From: Myxococcota bacterium
Lineage (GTDB): Bacteria; Myxococcota_A; UBA9160; UBA6930
Direction: 5' to 3'
DNA length: 64,000 nt
Assembly (NCBI GenBank): GCA_965223705.1
Contig: OZ245015.1
Location: 1,376,001 to 1,440,000 of the forward strand
Shown: one piece after another, positions 33,789-42,624 of the stretch
How the letters are laid out: each line of letters opens with the position of its first letter
Position numbering within the stretch: the first letter of the stretch is position 1
Made by a program: the position numbers and the translations under genes
Notes under the pieces: model-generated
Told to the model about the DNA's origin: nothing
Seen by the model: the letters and a program-made list of their open reading frames with translations, nothing else
The model's database searches: none

Positions 33789-35158
33789 GCGTCGAACACG
33801 TCGACGCCGTGGTGATCGGCGCCGGGGTTTCCGGGCTCGCTTCCGCAATCGAACTTCGCGCCGCGGGGCGCGATGTCTGCCTGCTCGAGGCCGAGAGCCG
33901 GCCCGGCGGGGTGATACAAACCGACCGCTTGGAGGGCTTCCTCGTCGAACGCGGGCCCAACGCGTTCCGGGTGTCGGCGCCTCTTCTCGCGTGGTTGCTC
34001 GAGCACAAACTCGGGAATGTATTGTTGCGCGCCGGCCCGGAATCGCGGCAGCGAGCACTTTTCCTCGACGGCCGCTTGCTGTGGCTTCCAGAATCACTTC
34101 CGGGCGCGGTCACCACCCCGCTCCTGTCGCTCGGCGCCAAGTTCCGCGCGTTGTCCGAGGTCTTTTACGCACGGGGCCCGGGGCGCGCGGAAACCGTGGC
34201 GGAGTTCGTCGGCCGCCGTTTCGGAGACGAGCTCCTCGAGCGCGCCATCGCGCCGTTCCTCGTCGGCGTCTACGCCGGAGATGAGCGCGCCCTCGGTGCG
34301 GAAGCTGTTTTCCCGCAACTCGTGGCCTGGGAACAGGAACACGGTTCCGTGTTGCGAGGTGCTCTCGTCGCGAGCCTGCGTCGCGGTCGGCCTCGGGGTT
34401 GGCCGGGGTCGTACAGCACGGCGACCGGTGTGGAAGGCTTCGCCGAAGCCCTCGCGAAGCGCCTTGGAGACGCGATCCGCTGCGAGTCGGCAGTCGAGGA
34501 GATCGTATCCGAGGAGGGACGGCTCATCGTCCGGTGTGGGGAAAGCGAATGGCATGCCCGCGAAGTCGTGTGCGCCTTACCCGCTGCCGAGGCGGCTTCT
34601 CTCCTCGCGGTGCGAGACGAAGCGCTCAGGCACTTGTTCGAAGGGATTTCCTACGCCCCGATGGCGAGCGTCGCGCTTCCGGTGGACCCCTCTGACTCGC
34701 GCGAGCGAATTCACGGATTCGGGTTTCTCGTGCCCCGAGGCGCCGGCCTGCGGCTCTTGGGGGCGCTCTTCCCTGCACGCGTGTTTCCCGACCGCGCGCC
34801 CGAGGGCCGCGAGCTCGTCATGGCCATGCTCGGCGGGACGCGCTGGCCCGGCGTGGTCGATGCGACGGACGACGCGCTCCTCGAAAGCGCGACGATCGGG
34901 CTCAAGCGCACCCTCGGCGCCGGGGTGAAGCACGCCCCGCTCGCCGTTCATCGTTGGCCCCGTGCGGTTCCGCAACCCGGTCCCGACCACCGTCGGCGAA
35001 TCGAGGCGCTGCGCAAGGCGACCACCGCGCGTTGGCCCGGCTTACGCCTCGCTGGGTCCTACCTCGACGGCGTCAGCGTCGGCGACACGCTCCTTTCCGG
35101 CGTGCGCGCCGCGCGCTCACTGATCGCCGCGAGTGAACCAACCTCCGAGCCACGCTGA
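33785..35158 (+). CDS. hemG: Proto/coproporphyrinogen oxidase, HemY-type
   Basis: GAGVSGL, GG.I.T, ERGPN, GVYAG, GFGFL, RWPRAVPQ; coupled to hemE. Confidence 0.88.
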   Translation: MSVEHVDAVVIGAGVSGLASAIELRAAGRDVCLLEAESRPGGVIQTDRLEGFLVERGPNAFRVSAPLLAWLLEHKLGNVLLRAGPESRQRALFLDGRLLWLPESLPGAVTTPLLSLGAKFRALSEVFYARGPGRAETVAEFVGRRFGDELLERAIAPFLVGVYAGDERALGAEAVFPQLVAWEQEHGSVLRGALVASLRRGRPRGWPGSYSTATGVEGFAEALAKRLGDAIRCESAVEEIVSEEGRLIVRCGESEWHAREVVCALPAAEAASLLAVRDEALRHLFEGISYAPMASVALPVDPSDSRERIHGFGFLVPRGAGLRLLGALFPARVFPDRAPEGRELVMAMLGGTRWPGVVDATDDALLESATIGLKRTLGAGVKHAPLAVHRWPRAVPQPGPDHRRRIEALRKATTARWPGLRLAGSYLDGVSVGDTLLSGVRAARSLIAASEPTSEPR

Positions 35159-35839
35159 AACGACGAAGTAGTACGCCGGGTAGGCGAGTGAGACGGACAT
35201 GCAAAGCGCCGCGAGGCGGTGCCCCGCGGTCAAGAGTGCCCCAGTCACCAGCAGGAACCAGACCCCTCCGAGTACGCAACTGATCGTCCGGAGACGCGTC
35301 ATCCGGCTCGGGTAGATGAAGGGAAGCCGGGGGAAGGTCGCGACCGCGAGGAGAAGGACGAGCGCCGAAGCCACGCCAGCAGGAACGTCGTACCACCACA
35401 AGTAGATCGCCACGACGTTCCAGTACGACGGAAAACCGAGAAAGAAGTGGTCCGCGGTCTTCGCGTCGCTTCGGCAGAAACCGTACGCGCTAGCGAGGAC
35501 GACGACCGCGGCGATTCCGAGATGCGGGACCGCGCCGCTCCCGAGCATGAAGAACGCCGGAATCACCGTGTAGTTCAGGAAATCGACGATATCGTCGAGG
35601 CGGCGTCCGTCGATATTCGGGAGCCATCGGCTCACCTCCGCCCGGCGGGCGAGGGCGCCGTCGACCGAATCGATGGCCATCGCCAGAAGCGACCACAACG
35701 CGGCCGCGCGAAAGTCGCCCGCGGCGATCGCCAACAGGCTCGCGACGCCGACGACGGCGCCGCTGGCGGTCAACGCGTGAACCGCTCCGGCGGCGATCCG
35801 GCGCGCGAAGCGTGTCGTATTGGAGTCGCTATCTTTCAC
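35117..35839 (-). CDS. Phosphatidylcholine synthase-like CDP-alcohol phosphatidyltransferase
   Basis: VHALTASG, DSVDGALARR, DGRRLDDIVDFLNY, FLGFPSYWN. Confidence 0.82.
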   Translation of the reverse strand: MKDSDSNTTRFARRIAAGAVHALTASGAVVGVASLLAIAAGDFRAAALWSLLAMAIDSVDGALARRAEVSRWLPNIDGRRLDDIVDFLNYTVIPAFFMLGSGAVPHLGIAAVVVLASAYGFCRSDAKTADHFFLGFPSYWNVVAIYLWWYDVPAGVASALVLLLAVATFPRLPFIYPSRMTRLRTISCVLGGVWFLLVTGALLTAGHRLAALCMSVSLAYPAYYFVVSAWLGGWFTRGDQ

Positions 35840-35844
35840 TCGCC

Positions 35845-36462
35845 ATGCGTTCCTGGAAGCGCCAGACCCCCGAGCGGGCAGCCTACACCGAACGAGCTTC
35901 GCAGGTCTTAACGCGCAGACTTCGAGAGCGCCAAGGGCCGGAATCGTTCATCACCAGCCGGATGGATCGCGCCGTCGCCTGGGCGCGCAAGTATTCGCTC
36001 ACCTCGACGCGCTTCTCCGGCTCGTGTTGCGCGCTCGAACTCGACGCGGCGATGGGCCCGCGTTTCGACATGCCGCGCTTCGGGTGCACCGTGCCGCGGT
36101 CGCCGGTGGATGCGGCGGACCTGCTCTTCGTCACCGGCACCGTGACGCAACGCCAGGCGCCGCTGCTCAAGCAAGCCTACGACGCGATGCCGGAACCGAA
36201 ATGGGTCATGGCGATCGGAGCGTGCGGCTGCTCGGGCGGCATGTATGACAACTACGCGGTGGTGCAGGGGGTCGACACGATTCTTCCGGTCGACGTCTAC
36301 GTCGCGGGTTGTCCGCCGACGCCCGAGGCGATTCTCGACGGCCTGCGAAAACTGCAGGCTCGCATCCAGAGCGAGCGCGTGCCTCGGCACGGGCGCCATG
36401 CGGAAGCGGAAGATTTGCCGACACTCGAAGGTCCACGGCCCGGTCCGGGACCCGGCATGTAG
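35845..36462 (+). CDS. nuoB: NuoB-like subunit, divergent
   Basis: WARKYSL, tandem CC (SCCALE), RFG, MPEPKWV, GAC, VDVYVAGCPP; start uncertain. Confidence 0.85.
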   Translation: MRSWKRQTPERAAYTERASQVLTRRLRERQGPESFITSRMDRAVAWARKYSLTSTRFSGSCCALELDAAMGPRFDMPRFGCTVPRSPVDAADLLFVTGTVTQRQAPLLKQAYDAMPEPKWVMAIGACGCSGGMYDNYAVVQGVDTILPVDVYVAGCPPTPEAILDGLRKLQARIQSERVPRHGRHAEAEDLPTLEGPRPGPGPGM

Positions 36463-36559
36463 TCGCCCTAAGCCCGGGGAACACCGCGATGAATCGACCA
36501 TCAAGCCCGGCGGGCTTCCAGCCGATTTGGAAGGGTATGACAGCGCTAGGAGGGCCTCT

Positions 36560-37963
36560 GTGAGTTCGGCTGTTCGGGCAGATCTCGCCGTTCTCGGCGC
36601 CGGACCGGGCGGCTACGTCGCCGCGATCCGCGCCGCACAACTCGGACAGAAGGTCGTGATCATCGATCGCGATCGCCCGGGGGGTGTCTGCCTCAATTGG
36701 GGCTGTATTCCTACCAAAGCGTTGCTCACGGGGGCCGAATGGGTGGAGAATCTCCGTAAACACGGGGAGACCTTCGGCATCGGTGCTTCCGGAATCACGC
36801 TCGATTACGCGAAGGCCTTGGCGCACAGTCGAAAAACCTCCGACCGCCTCTGCAAAGGCGTTCAGTCGCTGTTCAAGAAGAATCAAATCGAGTGGGTGCA
36901 GGGCGACGCGAGGCTCCGAGGTCCCCACGAGATCGACGTCGAAGGCGGCGCGACCTCATCCGTCGAGGCGGCTCAGATCATCCTCGCGACCGGTTCCGAG
37001 GAGTTTGTCCCACCCGGGGTCGAAGTCGATGGGAGTCGGGTTTTGACGTCGCGCGAGGCCCTCGAATCGCCCGTGATCCCGGACCGCCTGGTCATCATCG
37101 GCGCCGGCGCCGTCGGGGTCGAGTTCGCCTATATCTACGCGACCTACGGCGCGCACGTCACGGTGATCGAGATGGCGGACCAGGTCTTGCCGGGGGCGGA
37201 CGTCGAGGTCGGCGCAGCGCTGCAACGAGAATTCCGACGCAAGAACATCGAAGTGCGGTTGGGGACGCGATTTGAGGGCGTCAAGACGGGGAACGGTTCG
37301 GTGCAAGTCGCGGTGAGTCGCGAGGGTGTCGGCGAAGAAATCGAAGCGAACCAGCTGCTGCTCGCTATCGGTCGCCGTCCTCTCGCGGCCGATCTCGGTC
37401 TCGAAGCGGCGGGGGTCGCGACTGACGCCCGTGGCTTCATCGAAGTCGACGCCCAACTAAAGACCAGCGTGCCCAGCATCGCCGCGGTGGGGGATGTCGC
37501 CGGGCCGCCGCTCCTGGCGCACAAAGCCTCCGAGGAAGGGATTGCTGCCGTCGAGTTCGCGGCGGGCCACGACCGCGCGGCCCTCGACCACCGCAAGATT
37601 CCGGGCTGTATCTACGCGCAACCGCAAGTGGCCTGGGTCGGTCTGACCGAAGCGGAGGCGCGCGCGGAATACGGCGACGACATCCGCATCGGAAAATTTC
37701 CCTTCACCGCGTCCGGCAAGGCGATCGCATCGACACACACCGCCGGCTTCACGAAAGTCATCGCCGAGCCGCGCTATGGCGAGATCGTCGGAGCTCACAT
37801 CATCGGTCACGGCGCGACCGAGCTCATCGCCGAGATCGGTCTCGCGATGACGCTCGAAGCGACGACCGCCGAGATCATCGGAACCTGTCACGCCCACCCG
37901 ACCCTGGCGGAAGCGATCCTCGAAGCCACGCTCGCCGCCGAAGGTCGGAGTATTAACTTTTAA
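36560..37963 (+). CDS. lpdA: Dihydrolipoamide dehydrogenase (E3)
   Basis: GAGPGGY, GGVCLNWGCIPTK, GAGAVG, LAHKA, HAHPTLAE; SD AGGAGG. Confidence 0.96.
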   Translation: MSSAVRADLAVLGAGPGGYVAAIRAAQLGQKVVIIDRDRPGGVCLNWGCIPTKALLTGAEWVENLRKHGETFGIGASGITLDYAKALAHSRKTSDRLCKGVQSLFKKNQIEWVQGDARLRGPHEIDVEGGATSSVEAAQIILATGSEEFVPPGVEVDGSRVLTSREALESPVIPDRLVIIGAGAVGVEFAYIYATYGAHVTVIEMADQVLPGADVEVGAALQREFRRKNIEVRLGTRFEGVKTGNGSVQVAVSREGVGEEIEANQLLLAIGRRPLAADLGLEAAGVATDARGFIEVDAQLKTSVPSIAAVGDVAGPPLLAHKASEEGIAAVEFAAGHDRAALDHRKIPGCIYAQPQVAWVGLTEAEARAEYGDDIRIGKFPFTASGKAIASTHTAGFTKVIAEPRYGEIVGAHIIGHGATELIAEIGLAMTLEATTAEIIGTCHAHPTLAEAILEATLAAEGRSINF

Positions 37964-37982
37964 GCCCTAAAGGGAGCCGTCC

Positions 37983-39311
37983 ATGTCTATCCCCGTGGAG
38001 TTACCGGAACTCGGTGAAAGTGTCGTCGAAGGCACCATCGCCCGTTGGTTGGTGAAGGAAGGCGATCGGGTCGAACTCGATCAACCGGTCGTCGAAGTCA
38101 CCACCGACAAGGTCGATGCGGAAATTCCCGCGCCGAGCGGCGGAGTGATCGAAGCCATCCTCGTGGCGGAGGGAGAGACCGTGGCCGTGGGTACGGTCCT
38201 CGCTCGGATCGACCCCGCTGCCGAGGCGGCCATCGCGAACACCGACGCGGTCGCGCAACCGGTGGCCGCACAAGCGCCCGATGCCGCACCGAGTGCGCGG
38301 CCCACGCCTGCGGCGGCGCGTATGGCTGCCGAGCAGGGCACCGATCTCACCGGCGTCTCCGGAAGTGGCGTCGGCGGGCGCATTACGAAAGACGATGTCG
38401 CAGCCCGCGCGGCGATGGAGACTCGCCAACCACCTGCTCCGGCTCCGCCCCCGGTTCAAGCGCAATCCGCACCGGTCGCGCCGCCGGCTGCGGCGGAAGA
38501 ACGCCCCGCGCCGCAGGCCGCGTCGAACCAGGCGGACCGTCGTGTCGCCGCCGCCTCGGTGCCCGAACGCGAGCAAAAGCGCATGCCCTACGCGTCGGTC
38601 GATCTCGAAGAGGGGGATCGCGTGATTCCCATGACGCCGATCCGGCGTCTCGTCGCCGAGCACATGGTGTACTCGAAGCGCACCAGCCCGCACGTCGGAA
38701 CGGTTGCGGAGATCGATCTCGGCGGTGTCGTCGCCGTACGCGCCGCGAGCAAGGCGAAGTTTGAGGAGACCCACGGCGTCTCGTTGACGTACCTCCCGTT
38801 CATCGTGCACGCGACCGTGCGCGCGTTGCGCGAACACCCCCGGTTGAACGCTTCCGTGATTGAGGACGCGATTGTCGAGAAGAGAGATTTGAACATCGGC
38901 ATCGCCGTCGAGACGGAGAAAGGCCTGGTGGTTCCCGTCGTGCGGAACGCCGACCGCTTGTCGCTCGCAGGCCTCGCCGCTGCGATCGAAGATCTCTCGA
39001 CGCGGGCTCGAACGAAAAAGCTCACGGCGGATGATCTCAAGGGTGGGACGTTCACCGTTTCGAACCCGGGCCGGCACGGGAACCTCTACGGGTTCGCGAT
39101 CATCAATCAGCCCCAGGTCGGCATCCTTCGCATGGGAGAGATCGTGAAGCGGCCGGTGGTCCGGACCGTCGACGGTTCCGACGCGATCGTCATCCGGCCG
39201 ATGATGCATCTCGCCCTGTCGTACGATCACCGCGCAGTCGACGGCGCTCCGGCAAACGGATTCCTGTACCGGGTGCGCGAGATCCTCGAGGAAGCCGATT
39301 TCGACCTCTAG
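37983..39311 (+). CDS. Dihydrolipoamide acyltransferase (E2), single lipoyl domain
   Basis: TTDKV lipoyl-Lys, PSBD GSGVGGRITKDD, GGTFTVSN, DHRAVDG. Confidence 0.93.
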   Translation: MSIPVELPELGESVVEGTIARWLVKEGDRVELDQPVVEVTTDKVDAEIPAPSGGVIEAILVAEGETVAVGTVLARIDPAAEAAIANTDAVAQPVAAQAPDAAPSARPTPAAARMAAEQGTDLTGVSGSGVGGRITKDDVAARAAMETRQPPAPAPPPVQAQSAPVAPPAAAEERPAPQAASNQADRRVAAASVPEREQKRMPYASVDLEEGDRVIPMTPIRRLVAEHMVYSKRTSPHVGTVAEIDLGGVVAVRAASKAKFEETHGVSLTYLPFIVHATVRALREHPRLNASVIEDAIVEKRDLNIGIAVETEKGLVVPVVRNADRLSLAGLAAAIEDLSTRARTKKLTADDLKGGTFTVSNPGRHGNLYGFAIINQPQVGILRMGEIVKRPVVRTVDGSDAIVIRPMMHLALSYDHRAVDGAPANGFLYRVREILEEADFDL

Positions 39312-39963
39312 GCTCTCCGTCGATTGGCTCGGCGAAGTCGCGTACGACGCCGCGCTGGCCCGACAAGAAGCGGCTGTGGCGCAGCGAAGGGCCGGGGGAG
39401 GGCGCGATCGCCTGTTGCTCTTGACCCATCCGCCGGTCATCACGCTGGGGCGCGCTGCGAAACCGGAGAACCTTCTGACGCCTCGGGACGAGCTCGCGCG
39501 CCGCGGCATCGCGGTACACGAAGTCGCGCGGGGAGGCGACGTCACGTTCCACGGGCCGGGCCAGCTGGTTGGCTATCCCATCTTCGACTTGAAGTCCCGC
39601 GGCGCGGCCGATGTCTACGAGTTCTTGCGCTCCCTGGAGGGGTGCCTCATCGAAGCGCTGGGCGCGATCGGCGTCTCCGGGGCACGGTGTGAGGGCCGCA
39701 CCGGGGTGTTCGTCGAGAGCAGCGCGCCGCTGCGGAAGATCGCCTCCATCGGGATCGGAGTCCGTCGCTGGGTCACGTTTCACGGATTCGCGCTGAACGT
39801 GACCCTCGACCCCGACGCGTTTCGCGACATCGTTCCCTGCGGCCTTCACGACGTCGAAATGACATCGGTGGCACGGGAGCTCGGGTGTGAGCCGGACGAA
39901 AGGCTCTTTACCGCGGTTCGAGACGAGGTCACCGAGGCGTTCCGCCGAGCCTTCGACTCGTAG
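39298..39963 (+). CDS. lipB: Octanoyltransferase LipB (probable non-canonical ATT start)
   Basis: WLGEVAY..A..Q, HPPVITLG, RGGDVTFHGPGQLVGYPI, KIASIG, HGFALN, IVPCG. Confidence 0.92.
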   Translation: MSTSRLSVDWLGEVAYDAALARQEAAVAQRRAGGGRDRLLLLTHPPVITLGRAAKPENLLTPRDELARRGIAVHEVARGGDVTFHGPGQLVGYPIFDLKSRGAADVYEFLRSLEGCLIEALGAIGVSGARCEGRTGVFVESSAPLRKIASIGIGVRRWVTFHGFALNVTLDPDAFRDIVPCGLHDVEMTSVARELGCEPDERLFTAVRDEVTEAFRRAFDS

Positions 39964-40017
39964 CGCGCGGCGCCAGACGCCGGGTCTCTGTCCCAGCCGT
40001 TCGTTACTCTGCAGCGC

Positions 40018-40560
40018 GTGGGGGGGCAGGTGATATCGGTAGGCGACCGCGCGAAGCGTCGCGAACCCTCGCTCGTCGGTTCCTTCCTTCGAGCGCTGTT
40101 CGTGGCGCTGCGTCGGGGTTGGCGGGCCCGTGCGAGCGGGCGCGGCGATCGGGGCCAAGCCGGTCTCGACTATCCCGATGAATCCCGCACCGGTGCTTGT
40201 CTCGCGCGTGGAGTTCCCGTCCTCGTCGCCGGGCCGGCGGGCGCGCCCCGCTGCGTTCCCTGCTCGGCGTGCACCAGCGCGTGCCCGACCGATTGCATCG
40301 TGGTATGGCCCCAGGGTGGGGGCGTCGAAGCACCCGAGCGCTTCGAGATCGACATGTCGCGTTGTATCTACTGCGGCCTCTGCGAAGCGGTGTGTCCCGA
40401 AGAGGCCATCGTGCTGAGCAGCGAAGTCGCCATCGCCGACTACGAGCGGAGGTCGCTGCGTTTCGACCTGGCGAATCTTCTCGTACCCGAGGAGCTTCTG
40501 GACGACTCGCTGTCTCGCGCTCGCGCAACGCGATCCCAGGTCCGGGATCCCGCCGCATGA
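40018..40560 (+). CDS. nuoI: NuoI-like 2x[4Fe-4S] subunit, divergent
   Basis: YPDE, CVPCSACTSACP, FEIDMSRCIYCGLCEAVCPEEAI. Confidence 0.82.
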   Translation: MGGQVISVGDRAKRREPSLVGSFLRALFVALRRGWRARASGRGDRGQAGLDYPDESRTGACLARGVPVLVAGPAGAPRCVPCSACTSACPTDCIVVWPQGGGVEAPERFEIDMSRCIYCGLCEAVCPEEAIVLSSEVAIADYERRSLRFDLANLLVPEELLDDSLSRARATRSQVRDPAA

Positions 40561-41036
40561 GAGCGACGCTTGAGGCGCTACAAGCCGCGTTGCCCTCCGC
40601 GGTCCTCGAGCGCCGCGACGCCCTCGATTGTGTGGAGCTTCGGGTCGCATCGCCGTTCATCGTCCCGCTGACGCGCTTTCTCCGCGATCGCGCGACTCCG
40701 CCCTTCTCAGTCCTCATCGACCTCACGGCCGTGGACTACCCCGAGAGAACGCCGCGGTTCGATCTCATCTATCAGCTCCTTGCCGTGGAGCCCGGCGTCC
40801 GCATTCGGCTCGTGTGTGAAGTCTCCGAGCGACCCGCCGAAGTGGATTCCATCCACGCGGTCTTCCCCGCGGCAAACTGGTTGGAGCGTGAAGTGTTCGA
40901 TTTGTACGGCGTGCGCTTCCTGGGTCACCCCGACCTTCGACGGATCCTCCTCGACGCGTCTTTCGACGGTCATCCACTGCGGAAGGACTACGACAAACGG
41001 CGTCGCCAGCCCGTGCGTTCAGGGACGACGCGTTGA
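40557..41036 (+). CDS. nuoC: NuoC-like subunit
   Basis: DLTAVDY, RF.L.Y.L, ANWLEREVFDLYG..F.GHPDLRRIL, GHPLRKDY; ATGA overlap with nuoI. Confidence 0.9.
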   Translation: MRATLEALQAALPSAVLERRDALDCVELRVASPFIVPLTRFLRDRATPPFSVLIDLTAVDYPERTPRFDLIYQLLAVEPGVRIRLVCEVSERPAEVDSIHAVFPAANWLEREVFDLYGVRFLGHPDLRRILLDASFDGHPLRKDYDKRRRQPVRSGTTR

Positions 41037-42133
41037 CCGCGCCTCGTGACGAACTCGTTCTCGACCCGACACATCCCGCGACGCACGGCGCTGTCTCTTT
41101 TCGCGTCGAGGTCGAAGACGAACACATCGCCGTCCTCGATCTCTCCGTCGGTTTCCTGCATCGCGGCTTTGAAAAAGAATGCGAAAGTCGTCGCTTCTCC
41201 GAGGCGATCCCCTACGCCGATCGCCTGAACTACCAATCTTCGGTGTTGTCGAGTCTCGCCTATTGCCTCGCGGTCGAGCGATTGTTCGAAACACCGGTCA
41301 GTGAGCGCGCGGTTTGGCTGCGCACGTTCGCGGGTGAGCTCGCCCGAATCGCGGACCACTTGACGCGCCTCGCTGCGACGGCGGACGCGCTGGGTCTCGC
41401 CGCGGCGGTCGCTTACACGACGTCGGCGCGGGAGCTCATCTGGGACGCACTCGAGCTGCTGACGGGCGCGCGGGTGACCCATCACTATCTTCGCATCGGC
41501 GGCGTCCGTGGGGACCTTACGCAAGCGGCCGACGCGTGCGCGCGATCCGCGCTCGATCGACTCGACGACTTCGTCGGAGATTTCGAGCGCCTGACCAGTC
41601 GAAATCGCGCTGTGCTCGCTCGCCTGCGAGGGGTGGCTTCGATCGATCGGGACGTCTGCCTTCGCTACGGCGTGACGGGCCCGATTCTGCGAGCGAGCGG
41701 TTGTCCGCGAGATATCCGCAAGGACGAACCGTACCTCGCCTACCGCGACGTCGACTTCGACGTTCCCGTGGGCACGAACGGTGACAATGCGGACCGACTG
41801 CTCGTATGCATCGAAGAAGTGCGCCAGAGTGCCCGGATCGCGCTGCAGTGCCTCGACCGACTAGCCGACCTCGCTCCCGTCGACGAGAGGCGCCTCGACG
41901 AAACGCGAGCGCTACCCGCGGGCCAATGCTACGTCCCGACGGAATCCGCGAACGGTGAGCTCGGTTTCTTTATCGTCTCGAACGGCGACGAGATGCCACA
42001 TCGCGTTCGCTGTCGGGCACCGAGCTTCTTTCATGCGGCGGCGCTCTCGGAGATCCTCCGAGGAGAAGCAATTTCCGAACTGTCTCCGACGTTCGAGTTG
42101 TTGAACGTCGTAAGCGGCGAATGCGATCGATAA
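41033..42133 (+). CDS. nuoD: NuoD-like subunit, divergent and shortened (366 aa)
   Basis: HPATHG, GFLHRGFEK, DRLNY, ELARIADHL, GPILRASG, GELG, RAPSF, GECDR; no NiFe CxxC motifs. Confidence 0.88.
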   Translation: MTAPRDELVLDPTHPATHGAVSFRVEVEDEHIAVLDLSVGFLHRGFEKECESRRFSEAIPYADRLNYQSSVLSSLAYCLAVERLFETPVSERAVWLRTFAGELARIADHLTRLAATADALGLAAAVAYTTSARELIWDALELLTGARVTHHYLRIGGVRGDLTQAADACARSALDRLDDFVGDFERLTSRNRAVLARLRGVASIDRDVCLRYGVTGPILRASGCPRDIRKDEPYLAYRDVDFDVPVGTNGDNADRLLVCIEEVRQSARIALQCLDRLADLAPVDERRLDETRALPAGQCYVPTESANGELGFFIVSNGDEMPHRVRCRAPSFFHAAALSEILRGEAISELSPTFELLNVVSGECDR

Positions 42134-42624
42134 TCCCACCGCTACGTCCTTTCGGACTCCGCTTGCATCACGACGGTCGTTGGACCCACGAGGGCCATCC
42201 GATCTTGAACCGCAAGCTTCGCGAAGCGTTCGATCGCGGCGTCGCTTACGCACCGGACGAGGACGTATTCGTCGTCACGTTGGGGCACTACCGCGGCCAA
42301 ATCGAGGTCGAAGAAGCTGCGTTCTTCGTGCGCAGCATCGACCTCGAACGCGGAACGGTCACGCTTTCCGACGGAAGTGAAGAAGCGCTCGACCCGGGGA
42401 CGCTCGGGTTGTCGGAGCGCGACGGAGCCTTACTCGCCAGTGTCGCGAGACCCGGGACGGACCGTCGCGTCCTCGCGCGCTTTGACGCCGGAGCGCACGC
42501 CGAACTCTTGCTGGCGGTGGAGCCAACCGGCGAGGGATTCGAAATCGCGCTGGGCGGCCGTCGCTACTCGCTCCCCGACGCGCTCACGCGCGAGGCTTCC
42601 GAGAGTCCCAGCGGCCGATTGTGA
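42121..42624 (+). CDS. Hypothetical protein (DUF1285-like N-terminus), overlapping nuoD end
   Basis: DGRWTHEG.PI...L...F, I.VEEA.F.V pattern; 13-nt overlap with nuoD. Confidence 0.6.
   Translation: MRSIIPPLRPFGLRLHHDGRWTHEGHPILNRKLREAFDRGVAYAPDEDVFVVTLGHYRGQIEVEEAAFFVRSIDLERGTVTLSDGSEEALDPGTLGLSERDGALLASVARPGTDRRVLARFDAGAHAELLLAVEPTGEGFEIALGGRRYSLPDALTREASESPSGRL

Noticed and set aside
41033..42133. NuoD-like gene as a group 4 [NiFe]-hydrogenase large subunit
   Set aside because: No N-terminal RxCxxC or C-terminal DPCxxC motif; it has DRLNY and ends GECDR; no maturation genes in the window
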